A stretch of 64,000 nt of DNA, taken from Octopus sinensis (taxonomy: Eukaryota). The stretch is from assembly GCF_006345805.1 (NCBI RefSeq), contig NC_043005.1, positions 11,718,001 through 11,782,000 of the forward strand, given 5' to 3'. Position numbers and translations under genes: made by a program. The stretch's first letter is position 1. Each line of letters opens with the position of its first letter. Shown here in pieces: positions 63,721 to 64,000 of the stretch. A model generated the notes under the pieces. The model did not search any database. It saw nothing but the letters and a program-made list of their open reading frames with translations, and had not been told where the DNA came from.

Positions 63721-63809
63721 ATCTTACGATCGTTTCACAGAAGAATTGTCCCCATAATGAATCCTATATTGATAAGCATTTCTAGACGACGCTTCTGCTC
63801 TTCAGAGAT
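63721..63809 (-). ncRNA. Type I hammerhead ribozyme HHR-7
   Basis: Minus strand: ATCT-CTGAAGA-GCAGAAG[48 nt]CTTCTGT-GAA-ACGATCGT-A/AGAT. Perfect core, 7-bp helix II, perfect 8-nt palindromic helix III, GUA triplet. Confidence 0.88.
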
Positions 63810-64000
63810 ATAAAATTAGAATTCTGTCGAATGATTTTAAAAAAAAATTGAAGTAAAACTATAAAAAAGTGTTTGTTTGAAAGATAGATTAAAAGTAAAA
63901 AAATTAGTACTTTTGATGAGAGTCATATGTATAGATGAGAGTATATATATATAGGGATAATTCACAAAAAGACAAAATACGAAGACAGGTGGTGTAGACA

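Overview
AT-rich, microsatellite-dense eukaryotic DNA, almost certainly non-coding. The repeat families resemble those I recall from Octopus genomes, so the organism call is an inference. I could not support any host protein-coding exon; nearly all ORF-track entries are microsatellite or SINE artefacts. The window is a mosaic of four or five tRNA-derived SINE families, decayed LINE fragments (R4/Dong, RTE, Tx1/L1, CR1), two or three Penelope-like element (PLE) RT/GIY-YIG fragments, Tc1/mariner remnants and MITEs. The most notable signal, found by reading the sequence, is seven near-intact minimal type I hammerhead ribozymes (2396-2484, 5178-5238, 15841-15884, 19356-19401, 35401-35524, 52484-52559, 63721-63809) plus several relics. 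They belong to different sequence families, and each lies 40-230 nt upstream of a (TA)n or TA-rich tract. Several sit in non-coding tandem units of about 330-350 nt or in inverted pLTR-like structures, which is the architecture of non-autonomous PLE-dependent retrozymes. All folds were done by eye; activity and novelty are untested.
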